A stretch of DNA of 64,000 bases from Patescibacteria group bacterium (GTDB lineage Bacteria; Patescibacteriota; WWE3; UBA101185; UBA10185), in assembly GCA_032117075.1 (NCBI GenBank), contig JAUMAA010000002.1, positions 24,005 to 88,004 of the forward strand, written 5' to 3'. The first letter of the stretch is position 1, and every line of letters begins with the position of its first letter. Position numbers and translations under genes: made by a program. A model generated the notes under the pieces. The model saw nothing but the letters and a program-made list of their open reading frames with translations, did no database searches and had not been told where the DNA came from. This document shows positions 46,718 to 56,007 of the stretch, one piece after another.

Positions 46718-48825
46718 TACTCAGGCCAGTTAGAGGTAGCTAAAATATTTGATTTTTGTGTTGAATAAAGATTTTGCCAAATTTCTTCTGTTACAAAAGG
46801 CATAAAGACACTTAATACCTTTAAACAATCTTTAAAGATTAAATTAAGAAGCGGGTATAGTTCTTTATTGGTTTTAGTTTTTTCAATTACATCATCTGCA
46901 ATGTGATGCCACATGTATGCAAAAACCTCTTCAGCAGCATCTGAGAGCTTATAACTATCTAATTTAGAGGTAATACTCTGAATAAACTCTTTATGTGTTT
47001 TGGCAATTTCAAAATCTAAATTTTCTAAATCTTCTAATTCATAACTTTGGGTTAAATCAAATCCTTCTGGTTTTGAGAATTCAATAAATCTGGCCATATT
47101 CCAAACTTTGTTAGCAAAGTTTCTATTTCCAATGTATTTTGATTCAGAAAAATTCTGATCATTTCCAGCCGGTGTTCCCATAATCAAAGACATCCTAACT
47201 GAATCAACACCAAATTTTTCAATTAAGTCTAGAGGGTTAATAACATTTCCTTTTGATTTAGACATCTTTTGCCCTTTAGCATCTCTTACCAGACCATGCA
47301 AGTAAACATTTTGGAAGGGAACTTCCCCTGTCACATAAATTCCAAGCATAATCATCCTAGCTACCCAGAAAAATAAAATATCATAAGCAGTATCAAGCAT
47401 TGCTGTTGGATAAAAATGTTTGAAATCTTCTGAATCAGGGTAACCTAAAGTAGCAAATGGCCATTGACCAGAACTAAACCAAGTATCAAAAGTATCATCA
47501 TCTTGCTTAAAAGTATCACTCCCGCACTCACACATTTTTGGATTTAAATCGGTCGCAATTTGCCAATTTTTACAAATCAAGCATTCAAAAGCAGGAATTC
47601 TGATTCCCCAAACAATTTGTCTAGAGATATTCCAATCGATAATTTTATCTAACCACTCAAAATAAACATCTTCAAATCTTTTTGGATGAAATTTGATTTC
47701 CCCGTTAATAACTGCTTGCTTAGCTTTTGCAGCCAGAGGCTTAGTTTTAATAAACCATTGAGGAATAAGCATTGGTTCTAATACAGAACCACATTTATAA
47801 CAACAAGGAACAGAATTTTTATGAGGAACTATTTTTTCAATTAACCCTTCCCCTTCAAGTTTTTCAGCAACTTTTTCTCTTGCAGCATTTACTTTTAAAC
47901 CAACAAACTCTAAAGCAAAGTTATTTAACCTTCCGTTCTTCTCAACAACACTATTATATTTTTCAATACCATGTTTCTTAGCTAAAGCATAATCGTTAAA
48001 ATCATGTAGAGGAGTAACTTTTAAAACTCCGGTACCTAACTCAATTTCAACATATTCATCAGCAATAACTGGCATTAATTCTTTGGTCAATGGGTTTATT
48101 ACCTTTTTACCTACATAATTTTTATATCTTTCGTCCTCTGGATTTACAGCTAGACAAACATCTACAAAAATAGTTTCAGGTCTTACAGTAGCAACTGTTA
48201 AAAAGTCTTTAGTGTCTTCAATTTGATATTTAACAAAATAAAAATTTCCGTCTTTTTCTTTATGCTCAACTTCCAAATCCGAAAAGCTAGTTTCATGGAC
48301 TGTGCAATAATTTACCAATCTTTCTCCTCTGTATAATAAAGAATCTTGATTTAATTTTTCAAAAGTATTGTAAACAGTATTAATGATATGGGGATCTAAA
48401 GTGAATGTTTCTCTAGACCAATCAAATGAAAAACCCATCTTTTTTAATTGATTTTGCATATTTGATTTATTCTTTTGAACAAATTCAAAAATGTTTTTGT
48501 AAAAATCTTCTCTGGAGAAATCAAATCTAGACTTACCTAATGTGGTCAAATATTTTTCATAAACAACCTGTGTTTCAAACCCAGCATGATCCTCACCTGG
48601 AACCCAAAGAGAATTAAAACCAGACATTCTTTTATACCTAATCATAATGTCTTCGACTGTATAAAGAGCATGACCCAAATGCAGATCACCATTAGCATTG
48701 GGTGGTGGAAGTATTACTGTATATGGTTTTTTGGAAGAATCGACCTTAACCTGAAACGATTTTTGAGAATCCCAAAGAGAGATAAGTTTTTCTTCTACTT
48801 CTTTAAAATTGTAATTTTTCTCCAT
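46714..48825 (-). CDS. valS: Valyl-tRNA synthetase, short form
   Basis: PPPNANGDLHLGHAL (HIGH) and KMSKSKGN. Editing/CP1 region present. 703 aa, lacking the long C-terminal coiled coil. Confidence 0.9.
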   Translation of the reverse strand: MEKNYNFKEVEEKLISLWDSQKSFQVKVDSSKKPYTVILPPPNANGDLHLGHALYTVEDIMIRYKRMSGFNSLWVPGEDHAGFETQVVYEKYLTTLGKSRFDFSREDFYKNIFEFVQKNKSNMQNQLKKMGFSFDWSRETFTLDPHIINTVYNTFEKLNQDSLLYRGERLVNYCTVHETSFSDLEVEHKEKDGNFYFVKYQIEDTKDFLTVATVRPETIFVDVCLAVNPEDERYKNYVGKKVINPLTKELMPVIADEYVEIELGTGVLKVTPLHDFNDYALAKKHGIEKYNSVVEKNGRLNNFALEFVGLKVNAAREKVAEKLEGEGLIEKIVPHKNSVPCCYKCGSVLEPMLIPQWFIKTKPLAAKAKQAVINGEIKFHPKRFEDVYFEWLDKIIDWNISRQIVWGIRIPAFECLICKNWQIATDLNPKMCECGSDTFKQDDDTFDTWFSSGQWPFATLGYPDSEDFKHFYPTAMLDTAYDILFFWVARMIMLGIYVTGEVPFQNVYLHGLVRDAKGQKMSKSKGNVINPLDLIEKFGVDSVRMSLIMGTPAGNDQNFSESKYIGNRNFANKVWNMARFIEFSKPEGFDLTQSYELEDLENLDFEIAKTHKEFIQSITSKLDSYKLSDAAEEVFAYMWHHIADDVIEKTKTNKELYPLLNLIFKDCLKVLSVFMPFVTEEIWQNLYSTQKSNILATSNWPEY

Positions 48826-48861
48826 ATATTTGGAATTTTACTATATTTTAAAGGAATTATC

Positions 48862-50160
48862 TTACTTTAAAGAACAATCAGTCTTAATAACACCGATACC
48901 TTCAACTAAGTCTTTACTCTCAGTTGCTTTGATATAGGTTTTAAGAGTATCAACACACCTATTGTTACCAGCTCTATCTGAAAAAACTATCGATTGACCA
49001 TTTAAGTGTGTGGCATTTGCATTGTTAGCATAATTACTTAAGGTCTTCAAATTACTATCAATGTCTATATAGTTAGCTAATGATTTTCTTGCAGGTAGAG
49101 AAGGTAACTTTCTTACAGAGGCTTGTTTTGAATATATATCCTTAGCAGATTCCTCGGAAGATAGATATCTTAAAAATTTCCACGATTCATTTGGGTTTTT
49201 AGCTTTGGTAGGTACAACTTCTACAAAATAGGTTGGCCAAATTTTAGGATTGTCGATACTTGCAGAAGGTAAAGGAGCAACACCTAATTCAATCCCTGGG
49301 TTAGCTACTAGTAAATCATTTACTCTCCAGGATGGAACAATTATCATCGAAGTTTTTCTTGCTACAAAAGCATTACCTGCATTACCAAAGGAAGGACTCC
49401 AATCAGTTTGTCTATTTAACACTCTAAGAACACTATTTAAACTAGAGGATTCCTTTTCTAGATCATTTGGAAAGTTTAAATTCGAGTTAGCTAGTAATAC
49501 ACCAAAGATGTCAGTGTAAAACTCTAACTCGGAATTTCCGTAGGCAGCTCCGGATCTAACAACCTTACCTGAGGAATCTTTTTTAGTTAAGAAGTTAGAA
49601 ATTCTAAAAAATTGTTCCCAATTTACAGGAGGATTCTTTATACCTTCTTCCTCAAAATGAGCTTTATTGTAAACAAGAACTAAAGAATCGTAGTACAAAG
49701 GAATTCCGTAAACTAAATAGTTATCCTCGCCAACAATTTTTTCAGCAACTGCAGCATTCACACCAGGATAGTAGGTATCATTGAATTCAGAAGATGAGAT
49801 AACAGTAGGAGCCAGAAACTCTTTAAATTCAGGAATCCAAGAAACATGTATCCTCATTAAATCAGGAACATTTTGACTGTTTCTTAACCTACTTAGTAAA
49901 TCTTCTTTATAAGAAACCAAGCTTGAGGAGGAGTTATCGGTAAATTCAATTTTTACATTTGGAAGCGATTCCTCATATTTTGAAATCACATCACTGTAAG
50001 TTCCTTTTGGTTCCCATAAGCTATCATATTTTAGAGTTACATTCTCAGGTGCTCTATTTAAAAAAGGAATGGTACATCCTGTTAATACGAAAAAGGACAT
50101 GAAAATTGCAGAGAAAGACAGGTATTTATATATATTATTTTTATTATTTGTCATAGGCAT
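48862..50160 (-). CDS. Extracellular solute-binding lipoprotein (ABC sugar-type SBP family 1), orphan
   Basis: Lipobox VLTGC after the signal peptide. The overall length (about 430 aa) and Trp/Tyr-rich segments resemble family-1 SBPs. No adjacent permease or ATPase genes. Confidence 0.5.
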   Translation of the reverse strand: MPMTNNKNNIYKYLSFSAIFMSFFVLTGCTIPFLNRAPENVTLKYDSLWEPKGTYSDVISKYEESLPNVKIEFTDNSSSSLVSYKEDLLSRLRNSQNVPDLMRIHVSWIPEFKEFLAPTVISSSEFNDTYYPGVNAAVAEKIVGEDNYLVYGIPLYYDSLVLVYNKAHFEEEGIKNPPVNWEQFFRISNFLTKKDSSGKVVRSGAAYGNSELEFYTDIFGVLLANSNLNFPNDLEKESSSLNSVLRVLNRQTDWSPSFGNAGNAFVARKTSMIIVPSWRVNDLLVANPGIELGVAPLPSASIDNPKIWPTYFVEVVPTKAKNPNESWKFLRYLSSEESAKDIYSKQASVRKLPSLPARKSLANYIDIDSNLKTLSNYANNANATHLNGQSIVFSDRAGNNRCVDTLKTYIKATESKDLVEGIGVIKTDCSLK

Positions 50161-51404
50161 TAATTTATTTTAATACTAAATACTCTATTTAGGGAATAGG
50201 GTATTACAAAAAATAATAACATCTTTAACTGATGATTAGTAAAAAGAAAATGATCAAACACAGATATTGAAATGAGAACTAAAAAAAATATCTTAAAGGA
50301 GTAGTCAGCATTTTTAATTAAAGAGAAACATAAAATTAAAAATGCTATTAAAAAAATTAACCCGTAATTCCATACTACTAAGTAAAAGATATTATGAGGA
50401 GGCTGAAAAAATCTAATAATTTCATAAAAATAAAGATCCTCTGATACTAAATTAAAATAATTATAGTAACCAAATCCAAATAAAGTTTCAGGTAAATTTT
50501 CTGAAAATTTTAAATTAGAAAGATTTACCATATACAACCTCCTATATACTGATAAATCCTCTTCATAGGCTTTATAACCGCCTGAAAGGTAAAGTAATAA
50601 GACATATATAGAAAATATATAAATAAGCAAAATCTTATAATTTAACTTCAAATAAAAAAATACAAAAAACAAGATTAAACCAATTAAGATATTCATACTT
50701 CCAGATAAAAGGACTCCAAATATAGTAATCAGGGTAAAGTAGATATTATTTTTTCTCATAATATGAAGGAACATGCCGCAAATCAGAAAAAAAGCACCAT
50801 AAATATTCGAGTGACTAAAGATACCGTAAGCTGGGATTAGGTTCTTAAGTAACATTCCGTCTTGTTTAATATGATAGTTATCACTACTGTAATTAAACTC
50901 ACCAAAATAGTAGTAACTTCCTAAAACAGATTGTTGAAAATAAAACTGAAAAGAACCAAGTATTAAAAGTATAGTCATCCAAAATTTTATCGAATTAGTT
51001 AAAAGAAATGAGGTATTCAGTTTTTGAAAATAAGAGATAGTGAAAGCATTTATAAAAATTAAAATGAGTATAAGATTTTCATAAATACCTAAAATTGGAT
51101 ATCTTGATCTATAGATATTTAAAGCCATAAAAAAAACTAAGAGAAATAGTAGGATTGAAAATCTTTTAATAATTAAAATATTTTCTTTAAAAAATTTACT
51201 AACCCATCTAATATTAAAAATTGTTAAAAATACAATAAGTAACTCAGGTATCGATATTTTTAGCATTAAGTAATCAATTATTACACCATCAATACTTGGG
51301 AAGGGCCTTATATGTAGTTGTTGATTTACTGGAAACAAAATAACTAAAAGTATTAAAATGAAGTATCTAATTTTTTCTTGGAAATTTTCTAGAACATTAT
51401 TCAC
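50160..51404 (-). CDS. Polytopic membrane protein, hypothetical (O-antigen ligase/Wzy-like topology)
   Basis: 414 aa with more than 10 hydrophobic helices. Confidence 0.4.
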   Translation of the reverse strand: MNNVLENFQEKIRYFILILLVILFPVNQQLHIRPFPSIDGVIIDYLMLKISIPELLIVFLTIFNIRWVSKFFKENILIIKRFSILLFLLVFFMALNIYRSRYPILGIYENLILILIFINAFTISYFQKLNTSFLLTNSIKFWMTILLILGSFQFYFQQSVLGSYYYFGEFNYSSDNYHIKQDGMLLKNLIPAYGIFSHSNIYGAFFLICGMFLHIMRKNNIYFTLITIFGVLLSGSMNILIGLILFFVFFYLKLNYKILLIYIFSIYVLLLYLSGGYKAYEEDLSVYRRLYMVNLSNLKFSENLPETLFGFGYYNYFNLVSEDLYFYEIIRFFQPPHNIFYLVVWNYGLIFLIAFLILCFSLIKNADYSFKIFFLVLISISVFDHFLFTNHQLKMLLFFVIPYSLNRVFSIKIN

Positions 51405-51499
51405 ATTTTTATCATAATAAATTTTTTTATAAATAATAGAAGTTATAGTATTAGGTTGGTGTTTAAGTGGGTAATTTTCAGAGAAGTTGTTATCTCAAT

Positions 51500-51799
51500 G
51501 TCTAGTAAGTATTCGGCTGTGGAATCCACTTGCCTCTTATAAAATTAATAATATTATCATTTCTCCCTCGTAAAAATAATTAAAAGATCCCCTAAAAACT
51601 TTCTTTCTTCGTGGATAGCTTTGTGGATAACTTTCCTTACTTATCCACTAAACTTATAATAATAAACTATGTTATCCACATTAAAATACAAAAAGCGACA
51701 TCTAAAAAACTATGAGTTATACATATGGATATGTTGAAAACATAGAGAATAATACCCATTCATTTTTGATTTTAGAGTTAGTAACGGTAATTAAAAAAT
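51500..51799. promoter_or_regulatory. Putative chromosomal replication origin (oriC): a DnaA-box cluster plus an AT-rich unwinding region downstream of dnaA
   Basis: TGTGGATAA (51623..51631) and TTATCCACA (51672..51680) are perfect matches to the 9-mer consensus. TTATCCACT (51641..51649) and CGTGGATAG (51610..51618) are near-matches. An AT-rich stretch lies at 51680..51799. Confidence 0.55.
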
Positions 51800-53203
51800 T
51801 TATTTAGAAAAAATTTGTGTTTTGATTTCTGATATTTGATCTTGAAGATCTGCATCTGTTTTTAGGGTTTCCTCTATTTTTGAGATCCCATGCATAACAG
51901 TTGTATGATCTTTTTTATTTAGGAGTGCTGCAATTTCATTCAAATTTAACTTGGTATGTTTTTTTAAAAGGAACATACAGATTTGACGAGGTTCTGAGAT
52001 ATTCTTTTTTCTTGATTCTGATTTAATATCTTCTTTTTTTATTTTATAAAATGAACAAACTCTATCTATAATTGTTCTAGGTGAGATGTCTTCTTCGTTT
52101 CTAACAGGGGCTATATCTTTTAGAGCTTTAATAATTACATCTCTTGTTGGGTTCTCGTTAGTAATAAGTAGGTGATTCTTAATTTTGTTGTATGCCCCTT
52201 CTAGTTCTCTGAAGTTTGTTGTTACATTTTGTGCTACAAAATCTATAGCCTCATTTGGTAGATTGAACCCATCTCTTAAAGCTTTAGATTTTATTAGTCT
52301 GTATCTTAATTCATACTCTGGTTTTTCTATATCTATTACCATTCCCATACTTAATCTAGATCTAATTCTTTCAGGGAGCTGGGAGAATTCAGAAGGTTTG
52401 ACATCCGAAGTTAGAATTATTTGTTTGTTTTCTTTTTGTAAATCGTTAAAAATATTAAAAAATTCACCCTCAATACCCTCCTTCCCAGATATTCCTTGGA
52501 TATCGTCAATAATTAAAACATCAAGTGTTCTGTACTTCGTTCTAAAATCACCTCTATCCAATAAAGGCCTCCTATTTCCATGAGAGAAGATATCCATAAA
52601 ATCGTTTAAGAAATTTTCAAAAGTTACATAAAGAACCTTATAATTTGGGAATTTCTTAAGAATCTCTATTCCTATTGAGTTAACTAAATGAGTTTTTCCA
52701 TGCCCAGAACTTCCATATAGAAAGAATGGGTTAAAACTAATTCCTGGGTTATCTATAATTCTTTGAGCTGCTGCTAAGGCAATTTTATTAGAAACTCCCT
52801 GTAAGTATGACTCCAGAGTTAATTCCTTTCTTAGGTTTGCTTTCTTGATTAAAACCTCTATATTCGAGATTGCTGCTTCTTCCGTTACCCTAGGGTTAAA
52901 GATGGGCAATTCAGTTATAGCAGATTGGTTTTCAGAGAATTTAGATAGTTCAAAGTGAATCTTGTATCTTTTTGTATAAACCTCGAAGGCAAGATCCTCC
53001 AGAACCTCTTTGTATTGATTTAATTTCTGGATAAAAACCTTATTTTTAATGTAAACAATAAGGGTCTTTTCCTCTTCAAGAATCTCGGCCTTGGAGCTTA
53101 CTAACTCCATAATTAAAAAGCTGCTGATATCAATGTTATCAGCATACTTAGTTTTAAAATTTTGGGTTACAAAACCCCATTCTGTACTTAAATTACTATT
53201 CAT
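51800..53203 (-). CDS. dnaA: Chromosomal replication initiator DnaA
   Basis: AAA+ Walker A GSSGHGKTHL, box VII, and the C-terminal DNA-binding domain (...TTVMHGISKIE...). Confidence 0.95.
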   Translation of the reverse strand: MNSNLSTEWGFVTQNFKTKYADNIDISSFLIMELVSSKAEILEEEKTLIVYIKNKVFIQKLNQYKEVLEDLAFEVYTKRYKIHFELSKFSENQSAITELPIFNPRVTEEAAISNIEVLIKKANLRKELTLESYLQGVSNKIALAAAQRIIDNPGISFNPFFLYGSSGHGKTHLVNSIGIEILKKFPNYKVLYVTFENFLNDFMDIFSHGNRRPLLDRGDFRTKYRTLDVLIIDDIQGISGKEGIEGEFFNIFNDLQKENKQIILTSDVKPSEFSQLPERIRSRLSMGMVIDIEKPEYELRYRLIKSKALRDGFNLPNEAIDFVAQNVTTNFRELEGAYNKIKNHLLITNENPTRDVIIKALKDIAPVRNEEDISPRTIIDRVCSFYKIKKEDIKSESRKKNISEPRQICMFLLKKHTKLNLNEIAALLNKKDHTTVMHGISKIEETLKTDADLQDQISEIKTQIFSK

Positions 53204-53334
53204 TTTTGGCAGGGGGCAGAAATTTACTCTCTTATAAATAGAATATACTTCACATTAAATCAAGCAATAGGTATTGATATATTCAGTTCAATGTAATTGA
53301 CTTTTAAGGGTCTTTAAGGTATATTTCAAGCAAT

Positions 53335-53487
53335 ATGGTTAAAAGAGTTTGGCAACCAAAAAAAAGAAAAAGAGTTAAAAAACACGGATTCCTCAATAGA
53401 ATGTTTTCTAAAGGTGGGAGAAAAGTTTTGAAAAGAAGACTAGCTAAAGGAAGAAAAGTTTTAGTTAGAGCTTTATTTAAAAAATAA
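53335..53487 (+). CDS. rpmH: 50S ribosomal protein L34
   Basis: Hand-translated 50-aa [53 protein letters not shown]. It is below the ORF-track length cutoff. Confidence 0.85.
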   Translation: MVKRVWQPKKRKRVKKHGFLNRMFSKGGRKVLKRRLAKGRKVLVRALFKK

Positions 53488-53524
53488 CCATAACTCTGTC
53501 TTCACTTTTAGGTAAAAATAAATA

Positions 53525-53851
53525 ATGATTTCTAGAGATAAATCAATTAAAAACCCCTCTGATTTTTATAAACTAAAGAAAGAAGGTGACTTGGTTAAAT
53601 CTTCTCATTTTCAAATAAGATATTTTAAAAATAGTAGTGGTCTGAAAGTAGCTTTTGTAGTCTCAAAAGTTATCACCCCGAATTCCCCTAAAAGAAACAA
53701 ACTAAAAAGAATATATAAAGCACTATTAAAAGATTCTAATTTTGACCAAAATATTACTATGGTTATTTATCCAAGACTTTCCTCACTTAGTATTAAATAC
53801 TCTGAACTTAAAATAGAGTTTGAATCTGTTTTAAAAAAAATAAACATATAG
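53525..53851 (+). CDS. rnpA: RNase P protein component
   Basis: 108-aa basic protein with the RnpA-like RNR-type motif (KRNKLKRIYKAL). Canonical position after rpmH. Confidence 0.8.
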   Translation: MISRDKSIKNPSDFYKLKKEGDLVKSSHFQIRYFKNSSGLKVAFVVSKVITPNSPKRNKLKRIYKALLKDSNFDQNITMVIYPRLSSLSIKYSELKIEFESVLKKINI

Positions 53852-53860
53852 AATCCTTTT

Positions 53861-54088
53861 ATGAATACAATATTCATTTTTTTAATTAATACTTATAGAA
53901 GTTTATTTTCCATTCCTATGGGAAAATCTGGTGTCAAGTTTTGTCTCTTTGAACCCTCTTGTTCTCAATACGGTTTAGATTGCTTCCAAAAATTTAATTT
54001 TTTTAAAGCTTTATATTTGACATCCTATCGTATAATAAGGTGTAATCCTTTTAATAAGGGAGGTTATGATCCTGTACCTGAGAATTAG
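53861..54088 (+). CDS. yidD: Membrane protein insertion efficiency factor YidD
   Basis: FLINTYRSLFSIPMGKSGVKFCLFEPSCSQYGLDCF...IIRCNPFNKGGYDPVP is the YidD/DUF37 signature. Confidence 0.8.
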   Translation: MNTIFIFLINTYRSLFSIPMGKSGVKFCLFEPSCSQYGLDCFQKFNFFKALYLTSYRIIRCNPFNKGGYDPVPEN

Positions 54089-54106
54089 TTTTAAAGAAAG
54101 AAATAA

Positions 54107-54901
54107 ATGTTAAAAATTTTAATTGAAGATCCTATATTAAATATTCTTAGTTTGTTCTATACGTATTCTATGAGTTTAGGAATTTCAATAATTCTTCTTA
54201 CTGTGGTTATTAAAATGATTCTCTTTCCTTTCATGGTTCCAACTTTTAAGAATATGCAAAAGCAAAAAGCAATTAAACCTCAACTTGATGCTTTGAAAGA
54301 AAAATATGGCCAAGACAAGAAGAAACTTTCTGAAGAGCAGATGAAGTTATTTAAAGAGCACGGTATAAATCCAGCTTCCGGTTGCTTGACTCAGTTAGTT
54401 ACTATTTTTGTTCTTATCGGTCTTTACCAAGTTATTCAAAGATTTACAAATATTACTTCTTTAGATCAGCTAAATAATGATATTTATTTTTCATTTATGA
54501 AATTTGAAAATGTTTCCATTGCAGAAAGTTTTAAATTTTGGATTTTTGATTTAAAAACACCTGATTTTACTTATATTCTTCCTTTTATAGCAGGTATTGC
54601 TACTTTAGTTACCTCAGCTATGATGCTTCCAGAAGTTTCATTAGAAGAGAAAGTAGTTAGAAAAGTCTCAAAAGATCCAATGGAAGAGATGGCTTACTCC
54701 ATGCAAACTCAAATGACAATTATTGCTCCCGTAATGACTTTCTTTGTAGGTCTTCAAATTCCTGCTGGTTTAACTCTCTATATCGCGGTGTCTTCTTTGA
54801 TTTCTATTGTCCAGCAGTACTATTTACTGGGTAAATCTTTTGGAGGAGTTGTTCCCTACTCCAAGTTAATTAAAAAGAAAGTACTAGCACTAAGAAAATG
54901 A
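54107..54901 (+). CDS. yidC: Membrane protein insertase YidC/Oxa1 (short Gram-positive-like form)
   Basis: LLTVVIKMILFPF...KPQLDALKEKYG...EHGINPASGCL...conserved YidC core. 264 aa. Confidence 0.8.
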   Translation: MLKILIEDPILNILSLFYTYSMSLGISIILLTVVIKMILFPFMVPTFKNMQKQKAIKPQLDALKEKYGQDKKKLSEEQMKLFKEHGINPASGCLTQLVTIFVLIGLYQVIQRFTNITSLDQLNNDIYFSFMKFENVSIAESFKFWIFDLKTPDFTYILPFIAGIATLVTSAMMLPEVSLEEKVVRKVSKDPMEEMAYSMQTQMTIIAPVMTFFVGLQIPAGLTLYIAVSSLISIVQQYYLLGKSFGGVVPYSKLIKKKVLALRK

Positions 54902-56007
54902 ATTTTGAATGTTTACAAGAAAATTTAAGCAAATCATTAGCTGTAGTTGTGAGAGCAGTGCCTACTAAAGGTGCTTTACCTGTTCTTTCTAATGTACTAA
55001 TTAATGCTGCAAACGGTAAAGTGATTTTGACTGTAACTAATTTAGAAACTGTTATCACATCTACTTTCCCAGCTATTGTAGAAAAAGAGGGGTCGACCAC
55101 CGTTCCTGCAAAAATGTTCAACGAATATATTTCAAATATTAATCCTGGAAAATTAATTATTTCCTCAGACAGAAACATTTTAAATGTAGTTTCCCTTCCA
55201 AAAACAAAAACAAAATTCAATGGTATGTCTAGTATAGAATTTCCCGAGATACCTAATCCAAATAATTCTAAAAGTTATATTGAAATCAATCCTAAGATTC
55301 TAAATAGATTAGTATCTCACACTTCCTTTTCAAGTTCGACCGATGTTACAAGACCTGTATTAACAGGCACCTTAATAGAATATTCTGATAAGAATTTAAG
55401 TTTTGTCACTACAGATGGATTTAGGTTATCTGAAAATACTCATTCAATTGATGGGGATTTTTCAAATTTTAAAGTTGTAGTTCCTACTAAAACTCTCCAG
55501 GATGTTTCAAAAATATTTTCCAATAATGAAGAAAGTGTATCCCTAATTTTTAATCCTGATGATAACTTAGTCTTTTTTCAAGGTAATAATGTTTGTGTTG
55601 GGGTAAGGGTAATTGACGGAACCTTCCCTGACTATAAAAGAATAATTCCTTCAGCAAAGAGTCTTTCAGCCTCCTTCAAGGGCAATGATTTAAGAGAGGC
55701 AGTGAGGTTAACTAGCATCTTTTCTAAGGATTCCAGCTCATCTATCAAAATTGAATTAACTGATATCGGAACACTTCGAGTTTTCACTTCCTCTGAAGAA
55801 TCAGGGGAGCATGTATCTGAATTTGAAGCTCAAATTGATGGAAGCCCGCTTATACTTTCCTTTAATTCAAAATACTTAAATGATTTTTTAAATAATATAA
55901 AAACAGATGAAATATTCTTTGAATCAAACGGTGGTGTGACTCCTGTAGTTTTTAGATCAAATGAAATTGAAAACTTTTTGCATATTATTATGCCAATGAA
56001 GTTGTAG
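54898..56007 (+). CDS. dnaN: DNA polymerase III beta sliding clamp DnaN
   Basis: LPVLSNVLI...TTDGFRLS...DGTFPDYKRIIP...IMPMKL. Placed after yidC rather than after dnaA. Confidence 0.85.
   Translation: MNFECLQENLSKSLAVVVRAVPTKGALPVLSNVLINAANGKVILTVTNLETVITSTFPAIVEKEGSTTVPAKMFNEYISNINPGKLIISSDRNILNVVSLPKTKTKFNGMSSIEFPEIPNPNNSKSYIEINPKILNRLVSHTSFSSSTDVTRPVLTGTLIEYSDKNLSFVTTDGFRLSENTHSIDGDFSNFKVVVPTKTLQDVSKIFSNNEESVSLIFNPDDNLVFFQGNNVCVGVRVIDGTFPDYKRIIPSAKSLSASFKGNDLREAVRLTSIFSKDSSSSIKIELTDIGTLRVFTSSEESGEHVSEFEAQIDGSPLILSFNSKYLNDFLNNIKTDEIFFESNGGVTPVVFRSNEIENFLHIIMPMKL

Noticed and set aside
53204-53334. rpmH-dnaA intergenic region as the origin
   Set aside because: It carries no TTATCCACA-like 9-mers. 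The box cluster is on the other side of dnaA.
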